A stretch of DNA of 62,809 nt, the filler included. It is 6 parts of 6 records of this genome, joined end to end, with 100 filler letters (N's around TTAATTAATTAA, not from the genome) between each part and the next. Parts side by side here need not be neighbours in the genome. Positions count along the whole stretch, not along the records: positions 1 to 6,637 come from SRR31156797_12052; positions 6,738 to 15,326 come from SRR31156797_12055; 4 more parts are not named here. One strand, given 5' to 3'. Shown piece by piece: positions 1 to 10,451 of this stretch. The number at the start of each line of letters is the position of its first letter. The first letter of the stretch is position 1. Under the pieces are notes generated by a model. That model did no database searches. It saw nothing but the letters and a program-made list of their open reading frames with translations, and was not told where the DNA came from. The translations under genes and the position numbers were made by a program.

Positions 1-1
1 T

Positions 2-352
2 GGTCTCGAAAAAGAACATGTGGAGGAAGACGAAGAAGTGTTTACATCCTCCCCTGCCCAAGCAGCTGAAGTTTTCTCATCAGTTGCTGCAGATGAAAAT
101 GTTATAAGTGATGTAAGGGAGCCCCCGGTCACTGAAAAGCCCGCATCAATTAATGTTGAAGAAAGACCTGCACCGGTGGCAGATTATTCATTACCTGCAA
201 AGTCAGTCGAAAAAACAATGGCGGTTGCGCCATCTGGAGATGCACCTGTGAATATAAGAATACCAATGTCTGAAGCCATAAAATTCTGGGCAATAGGCAT
301 TATTGCAATGCTCATAGTTATGCTATTGTCATCTGTCATTCTGGGACAATAA
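2..352 (+). CDS. Hypothetical protein, 5'-partial; acidic low-complexity region and C-terminal TM anchor
   Basis: Frame is open to the window edge; hydrophobic tail FWAIGIIAMLIVMLLSSVILG. Confidence 0.6.
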   Translation, partial: GLEKEHVEEDEEVFTSSPAQAAEVFSSVAADENVISDVREPPVTEKPASINVEERPAPVADYSLPAKSVEKTMAVAPSGDAPVNIRIPMSEAIKFWAIGIIAMLIVMLLSSVILGQ

Positions 353-493
353 GCCAGCCGAATTAGCAGCATTCAAGTATCAACTTAAATTCAATGGTAT
401 CTGGCAGACCAGGTATCATTAATCTCTTTTTCTCATTTTCCATGCTCTTAAACACCTATCCTTATCTAGAATGAAAACAAAACAGTTCCACTA

Positions 494-1225
494 ATGTTTG
501 GACGATTCAGAAGCAAGGGCGAAATATTTTATGGTGAAGTAAATGGCAATACTGTAATTCCACAGGATTGCGCGTTTACAGAGTATGAACTCTCAGACCT
601 GGAAATTCTGCCTCCTACAATTCCGTCCAAGATAGTATGTGTAGGGCTTAATTATCATGATCATGCTTCTGAGCTTGGTTTATCCGTTCCTGAAGAACCA
701 CTCCTTTTCATAAAACCGCCGTCTGCTATTATCGGGCAGCACGGTAAGATTCTCTATCCTAAAATAAGCGAAAGAGTTGACTATGAAGCTGAGCTGGCTA
801 TTGTTATTGGCAAGAAATGTAAGAATATACCCTATGACCGGGCTTATGATGTGATTGCCGGTTTCACATGTTTTAACGACATAACTGCCCGTGACCTGCA
901 GCAGAAAGACGGACAGTGGACAAGGGCAAAATCCTTTGATACCTTTGCACCGGTGGGCCCTTACATAGTTCCTGTGGAGGATTTCAATCCTGAGGATGCT
1001 TCCATCGTCACACGTATAAATGGTGAATTAAGGCAGGATTCGAATATCTCCAAGCTGATATTTGATGTTCCATACCTTATTGAATTTATCTCAGGAATAA
1101 TGACACTGGAAGTCGGAGATATAATTGCCACAGGTACACCTCCCGGAGTAGGGGAGCTTCATACAGGGGATCTTGTGGAAGTGGAGATAGAAGGACTGGG
1201 AACTTTGATCAACGAGGTTGTATAA
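494..1225 (+). CDS. Fumarylacetoacetate hydrolase family protein
   Basis: KIVCVGLNYHDH, VDYEAELA, FNDITARDLQ, RAKSFDTFAPVGP, GDIIATGTPPGVG motifs. Confidence 0.93.
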   Translation: MFGRFRSKGEIFYGEVNGNTVIPQDCAFTEYELSDLEILPPTIPSKIVCVGLNYHDHASELGLSVPEEPLLFIKPPSAIIGQHGKILYPKISERVDYEAELAIVIGKKCKNIPYDRAYDVIAGFTCFNDITARDLQQKDGQWTRAKSFDTFAPVGPYIVPVEDFNPEDASIVTRINGELRQDSNISKLIFDVPYLIEFISGIMTLEVGDIIATGTPPGVGELHTGDLVEVEIEGLGTLINEVV

Positions 1226-1524
1226 TGTTATTTGACCAGGTAAACAGGGAACTTGAACTTGCCCAGCGTCATCTTGATGTGTTAAAAGTGGTAATTGAGC
1301 GTGGACCTATAGGTATTCTGAAACTGGCAGAAGAAACAAATATGCCCACACACAAGGTACGCTACTCTTTACGTGTTCTTGAACAGGAACAGCTAATAAA
1401 ACCATCATCTCATGGGGCGATTGCAGGTGATTCGGTCGACCAGTTTATTTCTGGTTTTGAAAAGGAAATAGACGAACTTATCATTATGGCAGAACTTGTA
1501 AAAGAAGCTGGCAAACTCCTGTGA
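1225..1524 (+). CDS. Archaeal winged-helix transcriptional regulator-like protein (COG3388-like)
   Basis: GPIGILKLAEETNMPTHKVRYSLRVLE wHTH pattern; start overlaps the upstream stop (TAATG). Confidence 0.75.
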   Translation: MLFDQVNRELELAQRHLDVLKVVIERGPIGILKLAEETNMPTHKVRYSLRVLEQEQLIKPSSHGAIAGDSVDQFISGFEKEIDELIIMAELVKEAGKLL

Positions 1525-1673
1525 CACAAATCTTGATCATACTTGATCATAATCAACCATACATTTTAAGTTCAGTTCTTATAATTCATCCTACTATGCC
1601 TATCATTACAGGGACCATCACAATCCCTTTATTCATTTGATTTATTACAATTCGATTTTCCCGGAGACCTATA

Positions 1674-3383
1674 ATGAGTTTAACTGATGATGATAAGAAG
1701 ACCATTGAAAAGTACGCACTCCAGAATGCTGTGAAATACGGCCAGGCACCACAGATTGGTGCTGTCATGGGTCGTGTCATGGGTGAGTGCCCTCACCTTC
1801 GCCCAAAGGCAAAGGACGTAACTCCTGCTATACAGGAGGTACTAGCAGAGGTTGCAAGAGAGACTCCTGAGCAGTGGCAGACACGTCTTGAAGCCCTTGC
1901 TCCTGAACTTATTGAGGAGCTGAACACTAAAAAGGAGCCTGATAAAGGATTGAAGGCTCTGGACGTTGAAGAAGGCCAGAAGGTAGTAATGCGTTTTGCA
2001 CCAAATCCAAACGGTCCGCCAACCCTTGGAAGCACCCGTGGTATAGTTGTGAATTCCGAGTACGTGAAGAAATATGGTGGAAAGTTCATCATTCGTTTTG
2101 ATGATACTGATCCACAGACCAAACGTCCCATGCTCGAAGCATACGACTGGTATGTGGACGATTGCAAATGGCTTGGTGCAGTCCCTGATGAAGTGGTAAT
2201 TGCCTCTGACCGGGTACCAATGTACTACGACTATGCCCGCAAGCTCATTGAAATGGGCAAAGCATACGTATGTTTCTGTGAAGGCGGAGATTTCAAGAAA
2301 TACAAGGACGCCAAAGAAGCATGTCCTCACAGGGATGCCAGCCCTGAAGAGAACATAGAACACTGGGATAAAATGATCTCAGGTGAGTACGAGGAGAAAT
2401 CTGCAGTCCTGCGTATCAAGACCGATATTACTCATAAAGACCCTGCACTTCGTGATTTTGGAGCCTTCAGAATTGTCAAGACCGCTCACCCACGTCCTGA
2501 AGTGGATGACAAATACTGTGTCTGGCCATTGCTTGACTTTGAGGGTGCCATCGAGGACCATGAACTTGGCATGACTCATATCATCAGGGGCAAGGATCTT
2601 ATGGACAGTGAGAAACGCCAGGGATACATTTACAATTACCTGGGTTGGGAATATCCAAAAACAACTCACTGGGGCCGTGTGAAGATGCACGAGTTCGGAA
2701 AGTTCAGTACAAGTGGACTGCGTAAGGCCATCGAAGATGGTGAGTATTCAGGCTGGGACGACCCGCGCCTTCCAACTATTCGTGCACTACGAAAGAGAGG
2801 TATCCTCCCAGAGGCCATCCGCAAGTTCTTCATTGAAATGGGTGTCGGTGAGACCGATATCAGTCTCAGTATGGATACTCTCTATGCAGAGAACCGTAAA
2901 CTTGTAGATTCCACAGCAAACAGATACTTCTTCGTATGGGATCCTGTGGAGCTTGAAATTACAGGAACCAATCCATGCAAGACAACTCCTGCATTGCATC
3001 CTACTGAAGACAGGGGATGTCGTGAGATCGAAGTGAACAATAAGGTCAACGTCTGTACAGAAGATGCAGAAAAGTTAGAGGTAGGTTCAAAAATCAGGCT
3101 CAAGGACCTGTACAATGTTGAGATCACTTCCACCGAACCCCTACAGGCAAAGTATCTTGGTGATTCCATCGAGTCTGTGAAGAAGGATAAGATGAGGATC
3201 ATCCACTGGGCTCCAATGGAAGGGGTTCCTGTAAAGGTATTCTCACCTGATGGTAAGTTCACAGGTATTGGTGAAAGACAGGTTGCTACTGAACTGGATA
3301 AAGTGGTCCAGTTTGAGAGATTCGGTTTCTGCAGGATCGATTCAGTTGCCGGAGAAGTAGTAGCTTATTATACACATAAGTGA
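1674..3383 (+). CDS. gltX: Glutamate--tRNA ligase, archaeal type
   Basis: N-terminal ALQNAVKY domain, RFAPNPNGP, RFDDTDP, THIIRGKD, GWDDPRLPT, VQFERFGF. Confidence 0.96.
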   Translation: MSLTDDDKKTIEKYALQNAVKYGQAPQIGAVMGRVMGECPHLRPKAKDVTPAIQEVLAEVARETPEQWQTRLEALAPELIEELNTKKEPDKGLKALDVEEGQKVVMRFAPNPNGPPTLGSTRGIVVNSEYVKKYGGKFIIRFDDTDPQTKRPMLEAYDWYVDDCKWLGAVPDEVVIASDRVPMYYDYARKLIEMGKAYVCFCEGGDFKKYKDAKEACPHRDASPEENIEHWDKMISGEYEEKSAVLRIKTDITHKDPALRDFGAFRIVKTAHPRPEVDDKYCVWPLLDFEGAIEDHELGMTHIIRGKDLMDSEKRQGYIYNYLGWEYPKTTHWGRVKMHEFGKFSTSGLRKAIEDGEYSGWDDPRLPTIRALRKRGILPEAIRKFFIEMGVGETDISLSMDTLYAENRKLVDSTANRYFFVWDPVELEITGTNPCKTTPALHPTEDRGCREIEVNNKVNVCTEDAEKLEVGSKIRLKDLYNVEITSTEPLQAKYLGDSIESVKKDKMRIIHWAPMEGVPVKVFSPDGKFTGIGERQVATELDKVVQFERFGFCRIDSVAGEVVAYYTHK

Positions 3384-3460
3384 AGAAAGGGACAGGATTC
3401 CTTTCTTCTTTACTTGTTTTACCCAAAAACTCTTTTTTCTTGTTTACTGTTTTACATACT

Positions 3461-4429
3461 ATGGAATCTTTCCCTCGATTAAAGTTCTCTCGTCCGATAA
3501 TTGTTGTCAGCAAATGTCTAGGTTTTGCTCATTGTAGGTACGACGGACAAATAGTACCTTCTCCACTCGTTGAATCCATGAAACCCTTTGTCGATTTCAT
3601 AGATGTATGCCCGGAGTGTGAGATTGGTCTTGGGGTTCCGAGGGAGCCTGTTATGATTATTGATGATGTTGACAGAAAGCTTGTACAGCCAGCTACGGGA
3701 CTGGAATTGACAGAGAATATGAAAGCATTTTCACGCTATTATCTTGGAGAACTGGAAGATTTTGATGCTTTCATCCTTAAGTCTAAATCGCCATCATGTG
3801 GTGTTGGCTCTACAAAAGTATTCCCTGATTCCAGTAGCGCTAAGTGCCTGCACCATGAAGGTAACGGTTTTTTTGCAGAGGAGATCCTGAATAGTTATCC
3901 CGACCTGCCTGTGATCGATGAAGAGCAACTAAAAGACCCCCTTCTCATGGATTATTTCCTGACACGAATCTTTGTCCTTGCGTCTTTCAGGGATGCTTCT
4001 CTTTCAGGAACCATGGAGACTTTGATAGAATACCATGCCAGGAACAAACTACTGCTTATGGCGTATGGCAAAGAGTTGCTTACTGTCATGGGTCGCATTG
4101 TTGCAAACAGTGAAAAACTCCCTGCTGAACAGATCTACGAAAAGTATCTCTCGGTGTTATTAGAAATATTGTCCCGGCCGGCAAAAACAAGGCCAACTGT
4201 TAATGCATTTATGCATGCATTCGGCTATTTTTCCAGAAACTTAAGCGCCGGGGAAAAGTTTGTTTTCATGCAGAGACTTCAGCGATACCGTGATGATACT
4301 TCCAGTATGTTTGAACTTAAAAAATGGTTTTTATCAAATGCTGAGGAGTTCAATGTTGAATATCTCATAAAGCAAACATTTTTTTGTCCGTATCCACTTG
4401 AACTAACAGGTAACTTTTACAGGTATTAA
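3461..4429 (+). CDS. DUF523 (TudS-like) + DUF1722 (YbgA) fusion protein
   Basis: SKCLG..CRYDG, VCPECEIGLGVPREP, LKSKSPSCG, FHARNKL-like (YHARNKL), HAFGYF, YLIKQTFFCPYP; ATG 3461 preferred over the ORF-track start 3380. Confidence 0.88.
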   Translation: MESFPRLKFSRPIIVVSKCLGFAHCRYDGQIVPSPLVESMKPFVDFIDVCPECEIGLGVPREPVMIIDDVDRKLVQPATGLELTENMKAFSRYYLGELEDFDAFILKSKSPSCGVGSTKVFPDSSSAKCLHHEGNGFFAEEILNSYPDLPVIDEEQLKDPLLMDYFLTRIFVLASFRDASLSGTMETLIEYHARNKLLLMAYGKELLTVMGRIVANSEKLPAEQIYEKYLSVLLEILSRPAKTRPTVNAFMHAFGYFSRNLSAGEKFVFMQRLQRYRDDTSSMFELKKWFLSNAEEFNVEYLIKQTFFCPYPLELTGNFYRY

Positions 4430-4624
4430 GTATCAGATTTTTATTCAATCTTCAGGTATGAATTTGCTGAAGTACCTGGTTGTTGCATGGATGAAATGGT
4501 TCAGTTGTAATGGAAAACAGGAAGCTTTATCCAGGCTGTACATTATCATCAATTTTACAAATCTTCTTTGATATTTTTGCACGATATATATAAGTAACGT
4601 ATGTATAAATATGCTTAGTAAGAT

Positions 4625-6637
4625 ATGACAACGGGGCAGAATAAGGAAAATAGCAGCATTTCAGGAATGTTCGGAAAAAACCATGCCGGTTTTGAGAACC
4701 TCGTGAATGAATTACCTCTGGGTATTTTTTCATGTGACATAGAAGGTAACGTTACTGCCGTAAATGATTTTCTTTTAAAGATTCTGGGCTCCCCTTCTGC
4801 CGAAGCAACTAAAAAAATCAATGTACTGACATTCTCTCCTCTTGTAGATGCAGGTATTTCTGCTATTATCAAGGAGGCGCTTAAAACAGGAAACGAGACA
4901 TCCATAGAAACACCTTACAGGTCTGCGTGGGGCAAAGAACTGTTCCTGGGTTTCAGGTTTTTTCCTTTAAGAGATGAAAACGGATCGATTGTTGGGTGCC
5001 ATGCTATAGTTGAGGACTTTACTGAGAAAAGAAAAGCTGATGCTGAAATTGAGAAGAACAAAGAACTACTGAGGCTTTTCATAGACCATGCACCTGCTTC
5101 TCTGGCAATGTTCGATAAAGACATGAATTATCTTGCAGTTAGTCGTCGCTGGATCAATGATCTTTCCCTTGGTTACAGAGATATAATTGGTTTGTCTCAT
5201 TATGATGTGTTTCCGGAAATCGGTGATGAATGGAAAGAATTACATCGCCGTGCATTAAATGGAGAAATTATCATCAGAAATGAGGATCATTTCGAGAGAG
5301 CTGATGGAAGTGTGCAGTGGGTTCATTGGGAAGCACGTCCATGGAAAAATACTGAAGGTGCAATTGGTGGTATTGTTATTTTTGCAGAAGATATAACTGA
5401 ACGTAAAAAAGCTGAAATTGCACTCAGAGAAAGAGAATCTCTCCTGAATGAAGTAGGAGGCCTCGCTAAAATCGGAGGATGGGAGCTTGATCCGGTATCA
5501 GGAAATATTACAGTAACACCTGAAATCAGAAGAATCCATGAGATTGATCCCGATGAAAAAACAAATCATGAAAGAGGGCTGTCTTTTTATCCACCCGGTT
5601 CAAGAGAAATAATTGAAAATGCGATAAAAAATGCCATTGAACAAGCTGAGCCATATGACCTTGAACTTGAGATTATTTCTGGAAAAGGAAATCATAAGTG
5701 GGTCCGATCAATTGGGAAACCAATATTAGAAGACAATAAGGTTGTAAAAATAAGAGGTACTTTACAGGATATCACTGAGCGTAAGTTGGCAGAAAACAAA
5801 CTGCTTGACAATGAGGAAAAATTAAAGTTGTTTATTGAGTATGCACCTGTAGCAATAATAATGTTGGACCGCAACATGCGACATGTAGCTGTTAGTCGTC
5901 TATGGATCGATATATTTTCTCTTAAAATAGAGGATGTTATTGGCAAATCTCATTATGATCTATTCCCGAATTTATCGGAAGAATACAGGGATGCACATCG
6001 CAGGGCTTTGAAAGGCGAGATCGTTCGTAAAGATGAAGAGCGATATGAGATGCCAGATGGATCAATTCGTTGGACTCGTTGGGAGGTGCGACCATGGAAC
6101 GCAGTAGATGGTACAATTGGTGGCGTTATAATTCTATCGGAAAACATCACTGAACGTAAGGAGGTCGAGCTGGCCTTAGTTGCTGCAAAGGTAGAAGCAG
6201 AGGCCGCAAATCGTACTAAGACTGATTTCCTTGCCAATATGAGTCATGAGTTGCGTACTCCATTAAATTCTGTAATTGGTTTTTCAGAGGCGATGCTTGG
6301 AGGTGTCATAGGGAACCAGGATCCCGAAAATGAACGTTATCTGGGACATATTTATGATAGTGGAAAGCACCTGCTTACTATCATCAATGATATTATTGAT
6401 ATCTCAAGGATAGAAACAGGAAATATTGAACTGTTTTTCGAGACTGTAGATGTGGGAGCTGTCATAAGGGAGGTTGTAACCCTGATGGGACCACTTAGCT
6501 CCAAAAAGGGAATAGTGGTTGACATCGATGCAGCTGAGAATGTTTCTGGTATACTGGTAGATAGAGTGAAGTTCAAGCAGATAATGTATAACCTGCTGGG
6601 CAATGCAATTAAATTTACAGGCAGCAATGGTAAGATC
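4625..6637 (+). CDS. Multi-PAS sensor histidine kinase, 3'-truncated by contig end
   Basis: Four PAS/PAC repeats (DITERK ends), H-box FLANMSHELRTPLN, N-box NLLGNAIKFT. Confidence 0.93.
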
Positions 6638-6737
6638 NNNNNNNNNNNNNNNNNNNNNNNNNNNNNNNNNNNNNNNNNNNNTTAATTAATTAANNNNNNN
6701 NNNNNNNNNNNNNNNNNNNNNNNNNNNNNNNNNNNNN
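6638..6737. other. Artificial contig linker
   Basis: 44 N + TTAATTAATTAA (stops in six frames) + 44 N. Confidence 0.99.
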
Positions 6738-6738
6738 T

Positions 6739-7392
6739 AAAGCTTCGGTTGATTTAATGAATGCTGCACACAAAAAAAGCTTATCCAGTAGTTTAACTAA
6801 GGTATTGGTTGAGATTGATGATTGCAGAGATAAAGCCATCAATGGAATTATAATGAATTTAGATTCCTATAAGCAACACTTTGATGAAGAGGTGGTGCGT
6901 GCAGCTAATAAACTAATGGAAACCATCAATTTATATGATGGAAATATTGCCCGTTACAGTTATCAGCACGAAACCAATGCGCTGGAAGATATTTTAAGTA
7001 AATGGAAAAAAGATGAGGCCTCTCAAGCAGCATTGCAAAGGCTGCACCTGAACGATTGGGCAACGCATTTAGAGGAGCAAAATGTATTGTTTAACAACAA
7101 GTTTATTGAAAGAGCCACGGAACAGGAGCAATATGCCGATATAAAAATTACAGAAATACGTAAAGAGATTATCGAAAAGTATAATAAAGTATTGCAGTAT
7201 TTATCGGCCTATGCCACCATTGAACCTTCAGAAGAATATACCTATGTGGTGCATGCCATTAACGGAATCATACAGGAATACGAGCGAGTACTCACCCTGC
7301 GTAGTGCCAAGCGCGAAACCGATGAGGAAGATGAGGAATTATCTAACACCGAAAACATCAATTCTGAATCGGATACAGAAATTCAATCATAA
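6739..7392 (+). CDS. DUF6261-like Bacteroidota helical protein, 5'-partial
   Basis: Frame open to the contig edge; DDCRD..NIARYSYQHET..LEEQNVLF pattern resembles DUF6261 / hemagglutinin-associated proteins. Confidence 0.65.
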   Translation, partial: KASVDLMNAAHKKSLSSSLTKVLVEIDDCRDKAINGIIMNLDSYKQHFDEEVVRAANKLMETINLYDGNIARYSYQHETNALEDILSKWKKDEASQAALQRLHLNDWATHLEEQNVLFNNKFIERATEQEQYADIKITEIRKEIIEKYNKVLQYLSAYATIEPSEEYTYVVHAINGIIQEYERVLTLRSAKRETDEEDEELSNTENINSESDTEIQS

Positions 7393-7583
7393 CCAAATTA
7401 TTAACCGCAGGGTTTTATAAAGCATACAAGGAGCTGTTCTGTTAGAATGGCTCTTTTCAGTTTTCAGTGAACTGACAATAGTCATTGGTCAGTAGTATAT
7501 CAGATACTTTCTAATGACCTATCATCTAATGATCTATTGACCTACTAACTACTGACCTAATAAGCTTTAGACCAATATACCTA

Positions 7584-8003
7584 TTAACTAAACACCAACA
7601 CAGCCAGTATAATCACAACCAGACTTAAGATCAGGTTAAGGCTATTTAAACTAGCTACTTTAGCGAATGCTGAATCGGATGGTTCTTTCTTTGCTTTTTT
7701 CGCTTTAATACTCATTAGCACCAATAGTACCAACAGAACTACAACAAGAGTCAGCTTAGTTAACAAAAGCGGCATAGCACCTAAGGCCTTCCAATAGGGT
7801 GTCATTAAATAACCACCGGTAATAATGAGTAGTGTTAAGCCGGTTTTGCCTAAGTAGTTTAATGATAAAAGTGCTTTTTGAATACCTAGTTTAGTATCTG
7901 TTTCTAGTTTATTAGCTACTTTATTTAGTACAAACGAAGAAAGTGCAGCACCAACAAAAGTTACTACTGAAATAAGGTGTATAATAAGCATTGGTTCTCT
8001 CAT
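7584..8003 (-). CDS. Small 4-TM membrane protein (DUF2269/CopD-like)
   Basis: IIHLIS, LLIITGGYL, LLLTKLTLV hydrophobic segments. Confidence 0.65.
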   Translation of the reverse strand: MREPMLIIHLISVVTFVGAALSSFVLNKVANKLETDTKLGIQKALLSLNYLGKTGLTLLIITGGYLMTPYWKALGAMPLLLTKLTLVVVLLVLLVLMSIKAKKAKKEPSDSAFAKVASLNSLNLILSLVVIILAVLVFS

Positions 8004-8285
8004 GGTATTTTTGTTTTTAGCCTTTAATGGCAGGCTGTTAGCAATATCATTTTCTATAAGAGTATTAACCTGAAAGAAGAGAATTTGTTTATTTTGAGTA
8101 TAAAGTATAAAGTATTTTTGTTAAACCACCTTTTAACCTTTAACCTATGACCTTTTTACAAAAAGAGTGTTTTGTCTTTATACTTTCGTCTTTTGTCTCA
8201 TAAAAAAGGCCCCACATCACGTGAAGCCTTTATTCTATTCTGACCAATGTAAATCAGACTTATGTCTTGATACTTGTGTCTATTT

Positions 8286-8807
8286 TTATTTCTCCGGTTC
8301 AATTTCAAATAACAATTGATCTTTCATTACGGTTTCTTCGGCTTTTACCTGCAGGCTTTTCACCTTACCGCTAACAGGACTGGTAATTTCATTTTGCATT
8401 TTCATGGCTTCCAGTATCATTACCGGTTCGCCTTTATGCACTTCCTGTCCTTCGCTCATTAATACAGCTACAATTTCGCCCGGAAGCGGTGCATTTACCT
8501 TAGCTATTTTAATACCGGTTGTTTTGGCCAGTTTGGCTTTACGTTTAGAAGCTATTTCCGTTTCGATTGTAAAATTGTAGGTGTTGCCATTAATCATTAC
8601 CGAAACTTCGTTCTGCTTTAAGCTCACCACTTCTCCAATATGGGTGTTTTTATCACACTTAATCAGGTATTCTTCATCTTCCAGTTTCTCAACCTCGATG
8701 TTGGTTTTACGGTTGTTGATCTTGTAAATCTCATCATCCTTAAGCGTGATGTTTACCTTATTGTCACCTGTAAGTGTATAATTTTTGGTATGTCTAATTA
8801 ACTTCAT
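8286..8807 (-). CDS. Biotin carboxyl carrier protein of an acyl-CoA carboxylase
   Basis: APLPGEIV and biotinylation motif EAMKM; ATG at 8807 preferred. Confidence 0.9.
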   Translation of the reverse strand: MKLIRHTKNYTLTGDNKVNITLKDDEIYKINNRKTNIEVEKLEDEEYLIKCDKNTHIGEVVSLKQNEVSVMINGNTYNFTIETEIASKRKAKLAKTTGIKIAKVNAPLPGEIVAVLMSEGQEVHKGEPVMILEAMKMQNEITSPVSGKVKSLQVKAEETVMKDQLLFEIEPEK

Positions 8808-8851
8808 GTTTCCAGATTTAAACACTAATGTCTTTGTCAAACAAAAACGTA

Positions 8852-10342
8852 TTAACCTTTAATTTTCTTACTCATGGCCCATGCCGAAACCGGCTTGTCA
8901 TCTAATTCATCAGAATTAATTTTAGCCTGTTCGCTTAAGTAAGCTTCCATGGCCAAAGCGGCAGCTGCAATCAGCTCATCATCCTTTTGGAAATAGCTTT
9001 GCTCCAAATCAGTTTCAATAAACGAAGTGGTGTATTTTCCTTTTACAAAGGATGGCGTTTGCATCACCTGCTTAAAGAAAGGCAAGGTGGTTTTTACCCC
9101 TTTAATGGTGGTGTTATTTAATACGGTTCTACAGTTTTTAATAGCGTCGCCACGCGATTTTCCGGTAATAATCAGTTTAGCTACCAACGAGTCGAAGCTG
9201 GATACCACTACTTTTCCTTTTTGATATCCGGAATCGCAGCGCAAATACTTTTTACTAGGAATATCCATTTCTTCAACCAATCCTGTTGAAGGCGCAAATC
9301 CTGATTGTACATCTTCGGCATTTACACGAAGCTCAATAGCCCAACCGTTAATATTGATGTCCTCTTGTTTTAAAGAAAGGGTCTCGTCCTGTGCAACTCT
9401 GATTTGCTGCTCAATAATATCAACGCCTGTAATCTCCTCTGTAATCGGATGCTCTACCTGAACGCGGGTATTCATTTCCATAAAGTAGTGGTTCAGATCA
9501 TCATCCATTAAGAACTCTACTGTACCGGCACTATAATAATTGGTAGCCTTACAAATTTTAACTGCATCGGCACCAATCTTTTGTCTTAACTCCTCGTTTA
9601 ATGCAGCCGAAGGCGCTTCCTCCAGTAGTTTTTGGTGCTTTCGTTGAATACTACACTCTCGTTCGTATAAGTGAATAATGTTACCGTGCTTATCGGCCAA
9701 TACCTGAAACTCCACGTGACGAGGATTCTCCACATACTTTTCAATCAGCATCGAATCATTATCGAATAATGACTTTGCTTCGTTAGTGGCCAGTTTGTAC
9801 ATCAATGGCAGCTCGCTCTTTTTACGAACCACACGCATACCTTTACCACCACCTCCGGCAACCGCCTTTAGTATGATTGGATATCCAATTTTACTGGCTG
9901 TTTCTTCCGCTTCTTTTTCCGAAGAAATCACACCATCGCTACCTTGTAATACCGGAATGTCGTTTTTGATAGCCATATCTCTGGCCATTCCTTTATTACC
10001 CATTTGGTTGATGGCTTTGGATGAGGGGCCAATAAAAATGATATTATTACGCTCACACTCTCTTGGTAAAAACGGGTTCTCAGATAGGAAACCATAGCCA
10101 GGATGAATGGCGTCGATTTTATATTCTAAAGCCGTTTCAATTAGCTTATCAATGTTGGTATACACATTAATATACGTATTATCAGAAACGTCGATTACTT
10201 CATCTGCATGATCCAGATGCAATGCATTGGGTTCGTGGTGCGATAGAAACATATAGGTTTTAACACCCATTGTTTTTGCCGTACGTGCAATACGAATTGC
10301 AATTTCACCACGGTTTGCTATTAATATTGATTTAATTTTCAT
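8852..10342 (-). CDS. accC: Biotin carboxylase subunit (acetyl/propionyl-CoA carboxylase)
   Basis: LIANRGEIA, HPGYGFLSEN, GGGGKGMR, ERECSIQR, FMEMNTRVQVEHP. Confidence 0.93.
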   Translation of the reverse strand: MKIKSILIANRGEIAIRIARTAKTMGVKTYMFLSHHEPNALHLDHADEVIDVSDNTYINVYTNIDKLIETALEYKIDAIHPGYGFLSENPFLPRECERNNIIFIGPSSKAINQMGNKGMARDMAIKNDIPVLQGSDGVISSEKEAEETASKIGYPIILKAVAGGGGKGMRVVRKKSELPLMYKLATNEAKSLFDNDSMLIEKYVENPRHVEFQVLADKHGNIIHLYERECSIQRKHQKLLEEAPSAALNEELRQKIGADAVKICKATNYYSAGTVEFLMDDDLNHYFMEMNTRVQVEHPITEEITGVDIIEQQIRVAQDETLSLKQEDININGWAIELRVNAEDVQSGFAPSTGLVEEMDIPSKKYLRCDSGYQKGKVVVSSFDSLVAKLIITGKSRGDAIKNCRTVLNNTTIKGVKTTLPFFKQVMQTPSFVKGKYTTSFIETDLEQSYFQKDDELIAAAALAMEAYLSEQAKINSDELDDKPVSAWAMSKKIKG

Positions 10343-10451
10343 GCTAATAATAAATTAGTATAAGACTAAAGTATAAGACAAAAGATTAATAAAATAATCT
10401 ATTATAAAAGAAATACTTAATACTTATGTCTTAATACTTTATACTAAGTTT

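Noticed and set aside
5070-6160. Two similar PAS modules in the archaeal kinase
   Set aside because: Ordinary domain duplication, common in Methanosarcinales sensor kinases
6638-6737. TTAATTAATTAA palindrome recurring five times within N runs
   Set aside because: Synthetic six-frame-stop linker, not a biological repeat
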